Of a stretch of DNA of 37,003 bases, positions 8,769 to 18,397 are shown in pieces. The DNA lies in the NCBI GenBank assembly GCA_036336835.1, contig JAYZFK010000092.1:1-37003 (forward strand), written 5' to 3'. Both the position numbers and the translations under genes were made by a program. The stretch comes from Myxococcota bacterium. Its GTDB lineage: Bacteria > Myxococcota_A > UBA9160 > UBA4427. The notes below the pieces were generated by a model. It was not told where the DNA came from. It saw only the letters and a program-made list of their open reading frames with translations, and did no database searches. Every line of letters begins with the position of its first letter. The stretch's first letter is position 1.

Positions 8769-9601
8769 TCGGATCCGCCTGCTTCGCCGGTGCGGAGCTG
8801 CGCGAAGACACCGAAGTGATCCGTCGGCCAGACGCCGTCCGCGGCTTCGTTGCAGACGACGCGGCACGACTCGATCTCGCCGATGCCGCTGCGTCCCGGG
8901 AGTCCGGCGAAGATGTAGTCGATGCGGCGTCGGGGCTCGTGCTCCGTCCGGGCGTACGCATTCCGGTTCGACCAGGTGACGCCGCAGCCTTCCTCACCGG
9001 GCAGCGAGTGGTCCCCGGCCACCTCCCAGGCGTCGAGGAACGCGATGCTCTTGCCGCGCATCGAGTGCAGGCCCTTGACGTAGCGGATCTCGTCCGACTC
9101 GGGCTCGGCGTTGAAGTCGCCGACGATGATCGGTGGAAAGCCGCCGTCGGGTCTTCGCGCCCAGCTCCTCGCCGTCAGCATGGCGACCTGGGCCTCTCGG
9201 ACCGAGCCGTGATGGAACCGCCAGTGGAGGTGGGTACAGGTGAACCCGATCGCGCCATAGGGGCTGTCGACGGTCACCGAGAGCGCCGCGCGCTTCTCCC
9301 AGTCGTCTCGGTCGGGTAGGCGAATCTCCTCCCGATCGACGATCGGCCAACGGCTCGCGATCGCGTTGCCGAACTGGAGATGCTTGCGATCCAGGACCAT
9401 CATCGCGGGTCCGTAGTCGGTGTGGTAGGCGCGGTCGCCGACGAGCTCGTGAGTCTGGTCGGTGCCTTCGCCGACGAGAACCTCCTGGAAGCCGATCAGG
9501 TCGGGCTCGAGGCGATCGATCCAGCTCCGAAGGAGCCGGGCCCGCTCGGGCCACGGCTTCTGGTCGTGGCAGATGTTGAGCGTCAAGACCTTGAGTGTCA
9601 C
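8762..9601 (-). CDS. Endonuclease/exonuclease/phosphatase family protein
   Basis: VLTLN, DLIGFQEV, THL, IVGDFNA, RRIDYIF, TDHFGV. Confidence 0.9.
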   Translation of the reverse strand: MTLKVLTLNICHDQKPWPERARLLRSWIDRLEPDLIGFQEVLVGEGTDQTHELVGDRAYHTDYGPAMMVLDRKHLQFGNAIASRWPIVDREEIRLPDRDDWEKRAALSVTVDSPYGAIGFTCTHLHWRFHHGSVREAQVAMLTARSWARRPDGGFPPIIVGDFNAEPESDEIRYVKGLHSMRGKSIAFLDAWEVAGDHSLPGEEGCGVTWSNRNAYARTEHEPRRRIDYIFAGLPGRSGIGEIESCRVVCNEAADGVWPTDHFGVFAQLRTGEAGGSDQ

Positions 9602-9667
9602 GACTCGAACCTCGCGCCGGCACCCGAGAGACCGGTCCGGCGGATGCTCGGTCTCGGCGACCGTCGC

Positions 9668-10567
9668 TCAGTGCCTCGACAGGAAGTCGAGGATGTCCCT
9701 GCGCAGCTGCTGGCTGGCCGGGCGGCCCCGGCGGTTGAAGAAGCCGTGTGCCTCGCCCGGATAGACCTGGTACTCGACGCGATCGAAGCCCGCCTGGAGG
9801 CGTTCCGCGCAGAGCCGGGATGACTCGGCGAGCGGATCCTTCGAGCCGACGGCAATCAACGTGGGTGGCAACGACTCGAAGGACAGGTCCATCGGTGTGA
9901 CCGCGTACTCCGGGCCCACCTCGCGTTCCAGTGCGCCCGGGCCGGCATAGCACTCGAGCATCAGGGCGGCGCTCGGGAACCGCCGGTCGATCCAGCTCAA
10001 GCGATCGAGCACTCCGTACAGCGAGATCACACTCTGCGGCCGGGGCGTGGGTCGGCACGGAGCGGGATCGAGCAGCTTGGTGAGCGCGGGGTTCGCGCTC
10101 AGGATTCCCAGCATCAGCGCGAGGTTTCCGCCGGCCGAGTCGCCCATCAAGTGGACCGCTTCGTAGCCGGGATGCTGCTCGCCGATCCAGGCGAGTGCCT
10201 CGAGCAGCGAGAGCAGCATCTGAGGATGGGGATGCTCGGGCGCGAGCGGGTACTCGAGGTTGAATACGGGATGGCCCGCCTCGGCGAGGAACAAGAGCTC
10301 GTCGGTATAGAGCTCCTTCTTGCCGCAGATCCATCCACCGCCGTGCACGTAGACGACGGGCAAGCGAGCGGGCGAGCCCGCCCGAGGCTCGATCCACTCG
10401 AGCCGCTCTGCGGGATGTGGTCCGTATGCGTGATGAGAGATCTCGCCGGGAGGCGACTGCTTGCGAAGCCGCGTCAGCGAGGCAGCGATTCCCATCATCG
10501 TGCGCCAGGCCAGAACGCCGAGGCGCTGGCCCGGACGCAGCGTGCGTGCTGCAGGGGGACCGGCCAT
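9668..10567 (-). CDS. Alpha/beta hydrolase, HSL-family esterase
   Basis: HGGGW oxyanion motif, GDSAGG nucleophile, DPL, HGF. GGAGG RBS. Confidence 0.9.
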   Translation of the reverse strand: MAGPPAARTLRPGQRLGVLAWRTMMGIAASLTRLRKQSPPGEISHHAYGPHPAERLEWIEPRAGSPARLPVVYVHGGGWICGKKELYTDELLFLAEAGHPVFNLEYPLAPEHPHPQMLLSLLEALAWIGEQHPGYEAVHLMGDSAGGNLALMLGILSANPALTKLLDPAPCRPTPRPQSVISLYGVLDRLSWIDRRFPSAALMLECYAGPGALEREVGPEYAVTPMDLSFESLPPTLIAVGSKDPLAESSRLCAERLQAGFDRVEYQVYPGEAHGFFNRRGRPASQQLRRDILDFLSRH

Positions 10568-10638
10568 CGAGCTCCTCCGTTGGTTGCCGCGGGTCGCAGG
10601 CGGCAGTATCGCACGCGCGAAGAGCCCGGCGCGACTGG

Positions 10639-11823
10639 CTAGAGCATCTGCGGCTCGCCCACGCCGAGCCAGACCTGTGCGGCGCGCTCGTAGCTCTCGT
10701 CGCTGACCACGATGTGCTGCGCACCGGCCTGGATGTCGCGGAAGCAGCGCTGCAGGCGGCCGCTGCGAAACAGCACCGCGCCGCCGCCCGCGCGAAAGGC
10801 AAAGCTGGCCGCCTCGACGGCGGCCTCGTAGGCGTTGGTGGTGGCCGCGGCGGCATCGGCCCGCGCGCGGAGCGGCACGGCTTCGCCGCGGCGCACGGCC
10901 TCGTGCAGTGCCTGCAGGGTTTCGAGCACGAGTGCGCGCGCCGCGCGCAGCCGCGCGTTCGCGCGGCCGAAGCCCTGCTGGAAGGCGGGACGTTCGGCGA
11001 GCAGCGACCGGCTGCCCAGCCTTTGGCGCCAGCTCGCGTGCTCGGCGATCTCCTCGAGCGCGCGTCGCCCGACCCCGAGCGCAAAGCCCGCGTGGGGTGC
11101 CCCGGCCAGCGAGAGCAGCGGCAGGCGGTAGAGCCCGCGGCCCCGATGCGGTGCGAAGGTCGTGCCCGAGGCGAACGAGAGCTCGTCCGGCACGCGGACC
11201 TCGTCAGCGTGATAGTCGCAGCTCGCGGTGCCCTCGAGCCCGGCGGCCTGCCAGTTGTCCTCGATGCGGATCTGGTCCGGCAAGAGCACGAAGGAACGCA
11301 TCGCCAGCACTCCGTCCTGTGTGCGCACGGCGCCGTCGACGATCTCGACACAGGTGCAGACCATGGCGTGCGCGTGTCGGCAGCCGCTGCCGAAGCGGAA
11401 GTGACCGCGCACCGTCCAGGCATCGCCGGTGCGCTCCGCGCGACCCTGCGGCGGGAAGCCGCCCGCCAGCAGTGTGCGGCCCGGCGCTCGCGCGTCGAAG
11501 ATTTGCGCGCGCCCCGCCTCGGGCAGCATCGCGGCGGCAATGCCCGTGACGATGCCGTTCATCCCGAAGCACCAGCCGGTCGATCCGTCCTGGCGGGCGA
11601 GCTCCTCGACCAGCGCCATCAGCTCGGGCGCCGACAGCTCGGCGCCCGCGACTTCGTGGGGCAGCGCGGCGAGCATCAGATCCGACTCGACGATCGCTTC
11701 GACCAGCTTGGGTGTGAGGGTCCGCGCTCGCTCGCTCGCGGCCGCCTCGCCCTCGACCAGCGGGGCGAGAGCGCGCAGGCGGGAGAGCAGCGTGTCGAGA
11801 TCGGGCGAAGCGGCGGCGGGCAT
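10639..11823 (-). CDS. Acyl-CoA dehydrogenase-superfamily flavin-dependent monooxygenase (HsaA-like oxygenase subunit)
   Basis: EELARQDGSTGW, FGSGC, NWQAAGLEGTAS, GGGAVLFRSGRLQRCFRDI. Start ATG 11823 chosen. Confidence 0.85.
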   Translation of the reverse strand: MPAAASPDLDTLLSRLRALAPLVEGEAAASERARTLTPKLVEAIVESDLMLAALPHEVAGAELSAPELMALVEELARQDGSTGWCFGMNGIVTGIAAAMLPEAGRAQIFDARAPGRTLLAGGFPPQGRAERTGDAWTVRGHFRFGSGCRHAHAMVCTCVEIVDGAVRTQDGVLAMRSFVLLPDQIRIEDNWQAAGLEGTASCDYHADEVRVPDELSFASGTTFAPHRGRGLYRLPLLSLAGAPHAGFALGVGRRALEEIAEHASWRQRLGSRSLLAERPAFQQGFGRANARLRAARALVLETLQALHEAVRRGEAVPLRARADAAAATTNAYEAAVEAASFAFRAGGGAVLFRSGRLQRCFRDIQAGAQHIVVSDESYERAAQVWLGVGEPQML

Positions 11824-11894
11824 CGCGGCATGGAAGCAGAGCAGGTCCCACCCGTCGAACGGGCTAGCGTCTCGCCTCTGCACGGAGGAGCCCG

Positions 11895-12704
11895 ATGACC
11901 GAAATGCCTCGCGACCCGGAAGGTCGCATCACGAGCGAGGTGCGCGGAACCCTGCTGCTCGTCGGCATCGAGCGGGTCGCGAAGTTGAACGGGTTCACGC
12001 CGAAGATGTACGACGAGCTGGCGGATGCGCTGACCCGGCTCGACGAAGATTCGGCCCTGCGAGTCGGCGTGCTGTTCGGGCACGGAGATCACACCACCGC
12101 GGGACTCGACCTGCCCAAGTGGAGCGCTCGCTTTGCCAAGCCCGACGAGAACACGCCGGGTGGGCGCGGCACGAAGCGCGTCGATCCGGTGGCACTCGGA
12201 CGGCGCTGTCGCAAGCCGATCGTGACGGCGGTGCACGGCATTACGTTCACGATCGGGATCGAGCTGATGCTCGCCGGGGACATCGTGGTCGCCGCCGACG
12301 ACTGTCGCTTCAACCAGCTCGAGCCGCGGCGGGGCATCATGGCGACCGGCGGAGCCACCCTGCGCTTCGTCGAGCGAGGCGGCTGGGGAAACGGGATGTA
12401 CCACCTGCTGATCAACGACGAGTTCGACGCCCACGAGGCCCTGCGCTGCGGCCTGGTACAGGAGGTGGTGCCCGCCGGCCGGCAGCTCGAGCGCGCGATC
12501 GAGCTGGCCGAGAAGATCGCCGAGCTCGCACCGCTCGCGATCCAGGCGACCAAGGCGTCGTCTCGGCTGTACGCCGCGGAGGGCGAGGCCGCTTGCGTTG
12601 CCGCGCTCGGCTCCACGCAGGCAGCCCTGGCGCGGACCGATGATGCGAAGGAGGGCGTGGCCTCCTTCGTCGAGAAGCGGCCCCCGGTTTTTCGGGGCCG
12701 GTGA
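11895..12704 (+). CDS. Crotonase / enoyl-CoA hydratase family protein
   Basis: AGLDL, KPIVTAVHG, GIELMLAGDIVVAA, LEPRRGIMATGGAT, EGVASFVEKRPPVF. GGAGGAG RBS. Confidence 0.92.
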   Translation: MTEMPRDPEGRITSEVRGTLLLVGIERVAKLNGFTPKMYDELADALTRLDEDSALRVGVLFGHGDHTTAGLDLPKWSARFAKPDENTPGGRGTKRVDPVALGRRCRKPIVTAVHGITFTIGIELMLAGDIVVAADDCRFNQLEPRRGIMATGGATLRFVERGGWGNGMYHLLINDEFDAHEALRCGLVQEVVPAGRQLERAIELAEKIAELAPLAIQATKASSRLYAAEGEAACVAALGSTQAALARTDDAKEGVASFVEKRPPVFRGR

Positions 12705-12712
12705 GGAAGACG

Positions 12713-13045
12713 ATGGCGGACGACACCCCCGACGGCAGCGAGATCGTCGAGCGATTCAAGGCCCCCGCGACGATCCGCAAGGACTTCACGCAGCTGATCC
12801 TGCAGACGGGCGGTGCCATCTGGACGCGCCCGGGCCTCGCGTCGGCACAGCGCAGCATCGCGACGATCGCGGTGCTGGTCGCGCTGTGCCGCCCGGACGA
12901 GCTGCGCGAGCACATCGAAATCGGCCTGACCAATGGCCTGACACAGCAGGAGATCTGTGAGCTGATTCTCCACTGCGCGATGTACGCCGGCTTCCCCGCG
13001 GCGGTGCGAGCGATGGAAGTCGCGCACGACGTGTTCGGAGAGTAG
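12713..13045 (+). CDS. Carboxymuconolactone decarboxylase (CMD/PcaC-like) family protein
   Basis: IWTRPGL..QRSIATIA, ELREH...GLT..EI.E...H..YAGFP. No CxxC motif. Confidence 0.85.
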   Translation: MADDTPDGSEIVERFKAPATIRKDFTQLILQTGGAIWTRPGLASAQRSIATIAVLVALCRPDELREHIEIGLTNGLTQQEICELILHCAMYAGFPAAVRAMEVAHDVFGE

Positions 13046-13047
13046 GC

Positions 13048-13884
13048 GTGGCCGAGGCCGATCGGCCGACCGGAGAGTATCCGCCGCCCGAGCACCTGCT
13101 GCGCGATCTGAACGTGGTGTTCGAGCGCAAGCGCGACCGGCGCGAGCTGGCCATCGCGCTGGTGCCAGAGATCCTGACTGAGCACGGTGCGCTCGATGTA
13201 GGCGTCGCCGCGGTGCTGGTCGACATCCAGGGCGGAGGCGCTGCCCTCGAGCACGTGCAGCCCGACTGGATGGTCACCTCTGACATGACGCTCCACATGG
13301 CGCGGCCAGTGCGTCGTGGCACGCTCGTCGGACGTTCGCGCGTACTGCGAGCCGGCAAGCACAACGTGGTGCTCGAAGTCGAGCTCTGCGCCGACGAGGA
13401 TCCGTCGCCGGCGGTGCTCGGGCAGCTCGGCTTCACGCGGATTGCGCGGCGCGACGACACGCCGCACCCGGGTCCCGCAGAGCCGCCGTCGCGCACCACC
13501 TTCGCGCTGCCGGGGAGTGGCTTCGACGCGCCGTTCTACGACTCACTCGGTCTGCGCACGCTCGACGCTGCGACCGGTCGCCTCGAGCTCGAGCTGGTCG
13601 ACTATCAACGAAATAGCGTTGGTGCCATGCAGGGGGGAGTCGTGGTCGCACTCGCGACGAAGGCCGCGGAGGCGGTCGTGCGTTCGGTGCTCGGGGTGCC
13701 GGTGGTGACCCGCGATCTGACGGCGCGCTACCTGGCCCTGGCCCGCGTGGGGCCACTGCGCTCCGAAGCCGTGATCGTGCGGGCTGACGGTGATTCGGCG
13801 GTCGTGCGGGTCGAGCTGCGGGACGCGGGCCAGGACGACCGGCTTTGCACCCTCGTCACTGCGACAGCGGGGGCCTTTGGCTGA
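13048..13884 (+). CDS. Double hotdog-fold PaaI-type thioesterase
   Basis: Two hotdog halves: GALDVG...TSDMTLHMARP and NSVGAMQGG...TRDLTARYLALARVGP. Confidence 0.8.
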   Translation: MAEADRPTGEYPPPEHLLRDLNVVFERKRDRRELAIALVPEILTEHGALDVGVAAVLVDIQGGGAALEHVQPDWMVTSDMTLHMARPVRRGTLVGRSRVLRAGKHNVVLEVELCADEDPSPAVLGQLGFTRIARRDDTPHPGPAEPPSRTTFALPGSGFDAPFYDSLGLRTLDAATGRLELELVDYQRNSVGAMQGGVVVALATKAAEAVVRSVLGVPVVTRDLTARYLALARVGPLRSEAVIVRADGDSAVVRVELRDAGQDDRLCTLVTATAGAFG

Positions 13885-13930
13885 TACAATGCTGGACGCC
13901 TTGCTGACGCCGCGCGCGCGAGGAGCCACC

Positions 13931-14833
13931 ATGTCGTCCAATACACCGGTCGTGATCGAAGTCGCGCTCAATGGCGCGACCCGCCCGGAGAGCAACCCAC
14001 ACGTTCCGCAGGGGCAGGAGCGCCTGGTCGAAGATGCGCTCGCCTGCATCGAGGTGGGGGCGACGGTGATCCACACGCACGCGCCCGACATCTCGGTGGG
14101 CGGCCGCGAGGGGGCCGAGCTCTACCTCGCGCACTTCCGCCCGGTGCTCGAGCAGCACCCCAATGTGGTGATGTATCCGACGCTCGTGTTCGCTCCGACG
14201 GTCGAGGAGAAGACCAGCCACATCCCGTACCTCGCCGAGGAGGGGTTGCGCATGGGCTTCGTCGATCCCGGCTCGCTGAATCTCGCGCCCACCGACGACA
14301 CGGGGGTTCCGCTGGCGGACGGCATCGTGTACGCGAACTCACACGCCGACATCGCCTACAAGTTCGAGCTGTGTGATTGGCTCGGTCTGGCGCCCGGCAT
14401 GGCGATCTTCGAGCCCGGCTTCCTGCGCACGGCGATCGCCTGGTACAAGGCCGGCCGGATGCCGCGTGGAGCACTCGTCCGGCTCTACCTGGGCGGAGCG
14501 AGCAGCTATCGCGGCGATGGTCGGGTGGATCTGTTGTTCGGGCTGCCGCCTACGCCGGCGAGTGTCGATACCTACGTCGACATGCTGGAGGCGGAGTCCG
14601 TCGCGCTGCCCTGGTCGGTGGCGGTGGTTTCGGGCAGCACGGTCGACAATGGCGTGGCCCACCGGGCGCTCGAGCGCGGCGGTCACCTGCGCGTTGGCCT
14701 CGAGGACTATGCGGGCCCGGTGCGAAAGAGCAACGTCGAGCTGGTCCGCGAGGCGGTGGCGGTCTGCGAGCAGGTCGGGCGGCCCGTCGCGCGTCCGGAC
14801 GATCTGCCGAAGCTCCTCGACCTGCCGCGCTGA
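13931..14833 (+). CDS. Beta-keto acid cleavage enzyme (BKACE / Kce, DUF849) family
   Basis: IEVALNG, NPHVP, IHTH metal ligands, FEPGFLR, GGHLRVGLED. AGGAG RBS. Confidence 0.9.
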   Translation: MSSNTPVVIEVALNGATRPESNPHVPQGQERLVEDALACIEVGATVIHTHAPDISVGGREGAELYLAHFRPVLEQHPNVVMYPTLVFAPTVEEKTSHIPYLAEEGLRMGFVDPGSLNLAPTDDTGVPLADGIVYANSHADIAYKFELCDWLGLAPGMAIFEPGFLRTAIAWYKAGRMPRGALVRLYLGGASSYRGDGRVDLLFGLPPTPASVDTYVDMLEAESVALPWSVAVVSGSTVDNGVAHRALERGGHLRVGLEDYAGPVRKSNVELVREAVAVCEQVGRPVARPDDLPKLLDLPR

Positions 14834-14913
14834 CCTCGAGCTCGCGTCCGCGCCGCGGGGAATCCCAGCGTCCCAGCGCCCGGTGATAGAGTCCGCGCGC
14901 GGAGGGCAGTGGC

Positions 14914-17172
14914 ATGGGGTTCGTCTGGCGAGGTGCGCTCGCAATCGCGATCGGCGCATTGGTGGTGGTGGTGCTGGCGGGGCGCGGCTGTTTCGGCTCC
15001 CTCGAGGGCCCCGGAACGATCCGCGGGCCGCGGCAGAGCGACGCTGCGATCACTGCCCGGGCCGCCGCACAGGCCGATGCTGCGCGAGGGATCGGGCTGT
15101 CGCAGTCCAAGCAGATCCTGTTCGGCGACCTGCACGTCCACACCACGGTGTCGTTCGATGCCTTCATGACCAGCATGCCGATGCTGGGCGGCGAGGGCTC
15201 GCGTCCGCAGGCCGATGCCTGTGACTTCGCCCGACACTGCTCGGCGCTCGATTTCTGGTCGCTGAACGACCACGCCGAGGCGATGACCCAGCGCAACTGG
15301 GACGACAGCGTCGCTTCGCTGCGCGAGTGCAACGCGATCGGGGGCGACCCGACGAACCCCGATACGGTCGCCTTCCTCGGCTGGGAGTGGACCAACGTCG
15401 GGACAACGCGGGAGAACCACTGGGGCCACAAGAATGTGGTGATCCGGGGGCTCGCGGACGACGAGATTCCGTCGCGCCCCGTTGCCGCTGCCAACGTCGC
15501 GCGGCTCAACCAGGTACTGCGGCCCGGTCTGGTCCAGACTGCGCTCGTCTCGCTGCTGGGAGGCCACGATCGCTACGACGATCTGGCGACCTTCTTCGCG
15601 GAGCGGAGCGACCTCACGTTGTGCGCACCGGGGACGCCCCTCGGCGAGCTGCCCGAAGGCTGTCTCGACGTGGCCGAGGATCCGGGGGAGCTGTTCGCGC
15701 GGCTCGACGAATGGGAGGAGCGTGGCGTCGAGTCGATCGTGATCCCGCACGGGACGACCTGGGGGATGTACACGCCCTCGGCCTCCGACTGGAAGCAGCA
15801 GATCACGCGGGCTCAGCACGACCCGGCGCGTCAGACGCTGATCGAGGTCTACTCGGGTCACGGCAACTCGGACGAGTACCGGGACTGGCGCGAGGTGGAC
15901 CTCGCTGCCGATGGAAGCGTCTCGTGCCCCGCGCCCCGGCCCGAGTACCTGCCGCGCTGCTGGCAGGCAGGCGAGCTGATCCGCGAGCGCTGTCTGGCAG
16001 AGGGTGCTGGGCCCGACGACTGCGAGCAGCGCGCGGTCCGCACCCGCCAGCTCGCCGCCGAGGCGGGCGGGCAGGCCCATTTCACCGTTCCGGGCTACGA
16101 CCCCAGCGAGTGGCTCGACGCCGGTCAGTGCCGCGACTGCGCGGAGCCCGCGTTCAACTATCGACCGGCGGGTTCCGCGCAGTACATCCTGGCGCTGCGC
16201 GACTTCGACGGGCCGGACGAGCCGTTGCGCGCGCAGATGGGCTTCATCTCCTCGAGCGACAACCACAAGGCGAGGCCGGGAACCGGCTACAAGGAGGTGG
16301 GTCGCGAGGCCTTCACCGAGTCGCGGGCGCAGTCCGACCTGTCGGGCGCGCTCGCCCGAGTGTTTCGCCGTCCCGAGACGGCACGCGCCTCCGAGCCCGT
16401 TCGCTTCGACAGCGAGACCACCGAGCTCGTCGGCTTCCAGCTCTTCGAAATGGAGCGTCAGGCGTCGTTCTTCATGACCGGGGGGTTGGTCGCCGTCCAC
16501 TCGGCTGGCCGCGATCGCGAGGCCATCTGGCAGGCTCTGCAGCGAAGGGAGGTCTACGGGACGAGTGGTCCCCGCATGTTGCTGTGGTTCGACCTGCTGA
16601 ACGCACCGGGCTCGCTCGGGCAGGAGCTCGCAATGGGCAGTGCGGTGGCAATGCACCCGTCGCCGATCTTTCGCGCGCGCGCCGTCGGCTCGTTCGAGCA
16701 GCAGCCGGGCTGTCCCGCCAGTGCCTTCGATGCGCTCGGGGATGCCGGCGTCGACCGCGTCTGCGCCAATGAGTGCTACCACCCGAGCGACCGGCGACGG
16801 CCGATCACGCGGATCGAGGTCGTGCGGATCCAGCCCCAGGCGAGGCCCGATGAGCCGGTGGCGCCGCTGATCCAGGACCCATGGCAGGTCCACCAGTGCG
16901 AGCCGGATCCCGCGGGCTGCTCGGTCGTGTTCAGCGACCCCGACTATCAACGAGATGGTCGCGATGCCGTGTACTACGTGCGCGCGTTCGAGGCCCCTGT
17001 GGAGACGATCAACGCGGACGGTCTGCGTTGCCAGAACGGCGCGGATGGGCAATGCAGCGAGATCGACATCTGCGGCCTCGACGGAGACCGGACCGCGGAG
17101 TGTCTCGGGCTGGCAGAGCCGAAGGCGTGGTCTTCCCCGATCTTCGTCGACTGGGTGGGCGAGGCCAGTTGA
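14914..17172 (+). CDS. DUF3604 domain protein (PHP-like metallo-hydrolase), exported or membrane-anchored
   Basis: FGDLHVHT, NDH, GWEWT, GHKNV, IPHG, EVYSGHG, SSDNHKARPG, YGTSGPR, YYVRA, AWSSPIF. N-terminal hydrophobic segment. Confidence 0.88.
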   Translation: MGFVWRGALAIAIGALVVVVLAGRGCFGSLEGPGTIRGPRQSDAAITARAAAQADAARGIGLSQSKQILFGDLHVHTTVSFDAFMTSMPMLGGEGSRPQADACDFARHCSALDFWSLNDHAEAMTQRNWDDSVASLRECNAIGGDPTNPDTVAFLGWEWTNVGTTRENHWGHKNVVIRGLADDEIPSRPVAAANVARLNQVLRPGLVQTALVSLLGGHDRYDDLATFFAERSDLTLCAPGTPLGELPEGCLDVAEDPGELFARLDEWEERGVESIVIPHGTTWGMYTPSASDWKQQITRAQHDPARQTLIEVYSGHGNSDEYRDWREVDLAADGSVSCPAPRPEYLPRCWQAGELIRERCLAEGAGPDDCEQRAVRTRQLAAEAGGQAHFTVPGYDPSEWLDAGQCRDCAEPAFNYRPAGSAQYILALRDFDGPDEPLRAQMGFISSSDNHKARPGTGYKEVGREAFTESRAQSDLSGALARVFRRPETARASEPVRFDSETTELVGFQLFEMERQASFFMTGGLVAVHSAGRDREAIWQALQRREVYGTSGPRMLLWFDLLNAPGSLGQELAMGSAVAMHPSPIFRARAVGSFEQQPGCPASAFDALGDAGVDRVCANECYHPSDRRRPITRIEVVRIQPQARPDEPVAPLIQDPWQVHQCEPDPAGCSVVFSDPDYQRDGRDAVYYVRAFEAPVETINADGLRCQNGADGQCSEIDICGLDGDRTAECLGLAEPKAWSSPIFVDWVGEAS

Positions 17173-17368
17173 TCTGAGCGCGCCGATGAGCTCGCGCTTC
17201 GGGGTGTCGGCGCTGCGTGATTCCGCAGTCGACCGTGACGACGCGTCGAGCATCGAGCCCGGTCGCGAAGGTTGCCGAGGCGAGCGCTCTCCCAAGATGC
17301 TGCAGCAGCGCGCCTGGAGCTCCCCCGTCTGGTCCACGGCGGGTGCCCGCTGATAGACTGCGCTGTCC

Positions 17369-18397
17369 ATGGCCCTCGACGCCCAGGCCTTCGCGGAGTA
17401 TGTCGCGCACAAGCTGCCCGATGCGTCGGGCATCGAGGTGGCTGCCGTGAGTCGCATCCACGGCGGTGCCTCGCGCGAGACCTACCGGCTGCGACTCTCG
17501 TACGCTCGTGGGGATGAGCGAGTCGATCGGCCCTTGATCGTGCGCAAGGATCCGCCCGCGAGCCTGATCGACACCGACCGCGAAGTCGAGTTCGCCGCCT
17601 ACCGTGCGTTCCGCCGTACCCGGGTGCCCGTGCCGGAGGCGCTCTGGCTCGAGAACGATTCGAAGTGGCTCGGCGGCGCCTTCTTCGTGATGCAGGAGAT
17701 CGAGGGCTTCGAGGCCAGTCCGCAGCTGGTCACACAGCCGCCCTACAGCGACCACGCGTCGAAGCTGGGCGAGCACAAATGGACGATCCTCGGTGAGATC
17801 GCGCTGGCGGATCCCTTCGAGCTCGGCCTCGACCGCGCGCTCGAGCCTGTCGAGCCCGCCGACTGCTGGCGGCGCGAGCTCGACTACTGGGTGGCCAAGC
17901 TCGATCGCGACGCGGGCAGTCCGCAGCCGATCATGCAGGCGGTGATCCGCCGGCTGCGCCGCAACCCGCCACCGCCGCCCGGGCGGCTGGGCGTCGTGCA
18001 CGGTGACTACCGCACCGGCAACTTCCTCTACGACAGCGAAGGCGCCGTTCACGCGGTTCTCGACTGGGAGATGGTCCACCTCGGCGACCCGCTCGAAGAT
18101 CTCGCCTGGAGTCTCAACCGCGTCTTCCACTGGGCGCGCGACGAGCGGGCAGGGGGGCTGTTGCCGCGTGCCGAGGCGATCGCCATCTGGGAGCGCAGCG
18201 CCGGCCGCAAGGCCGATCCGGCAGCGTTGCGCTGGTGGGAGCTGTTCAACACCGTCAAGGGCCAGGCCATCTGGCTCGCAGCGGGCAAGGAGTTCATCGC
18301 CGGCGACAACCGCGACCCGGTGCTCGCCATCCCCGGTCTGATCATGGCCAACAGCCAGGACCGCGCAGCGCTCGAGCTGCTGGGGAAGCTCGCATGA
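17369..18397 (+). CDS. APH/ChoK-family phosphotransferase (ACAD10/11-kinase / LvaA-like)
   Basis: GGASRETY, VPVPE, VVHGDYRTGNFL, LDWEMVHLGDPLEDLAW. Confidence 0.9.
   Translation: MALDAQAFAEYVAHKLPDASGIEVAAVSRIHGGASRETYRLRLSYARGDERVDRPLIVRKDPPASLIDTDREVEFAAYRAFRRTRVPVPEALWLENDSKWLGGAFFVMQEIEGFEASPQLVTQPPYSDHASKLGEHKWTILGEIALADPFELGLDRALEPVEPADCWRRELDYWVAKLDRDAGSPQPIMQAVIRRLRRNPPPPPGRLGVVHGDYRTGNFLYDSEGAVHAVLDWEMVHLGDPLEDLAWSLNRVFHWARDERAGGLLPRAEAIAIWERSAGRKADPAALRWWELFNTVKGQAIWLAAGKEFIAGDNRDPVLAIPGLIMANSQDRAALELLGKLA

Noticed and set aside
8994..11540. 848-aa minus-strand ORF spanning three genes
   Set aside because: Arg/Ala/Pro-rich off-frame read overlapping well-supported EEP, esterase and monooxygenase genes.
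14707..17457. 916-aa minus-strand ORF
   Set aside because: Antisense shadow of the DUF3604 gene with no recognisable motifs.
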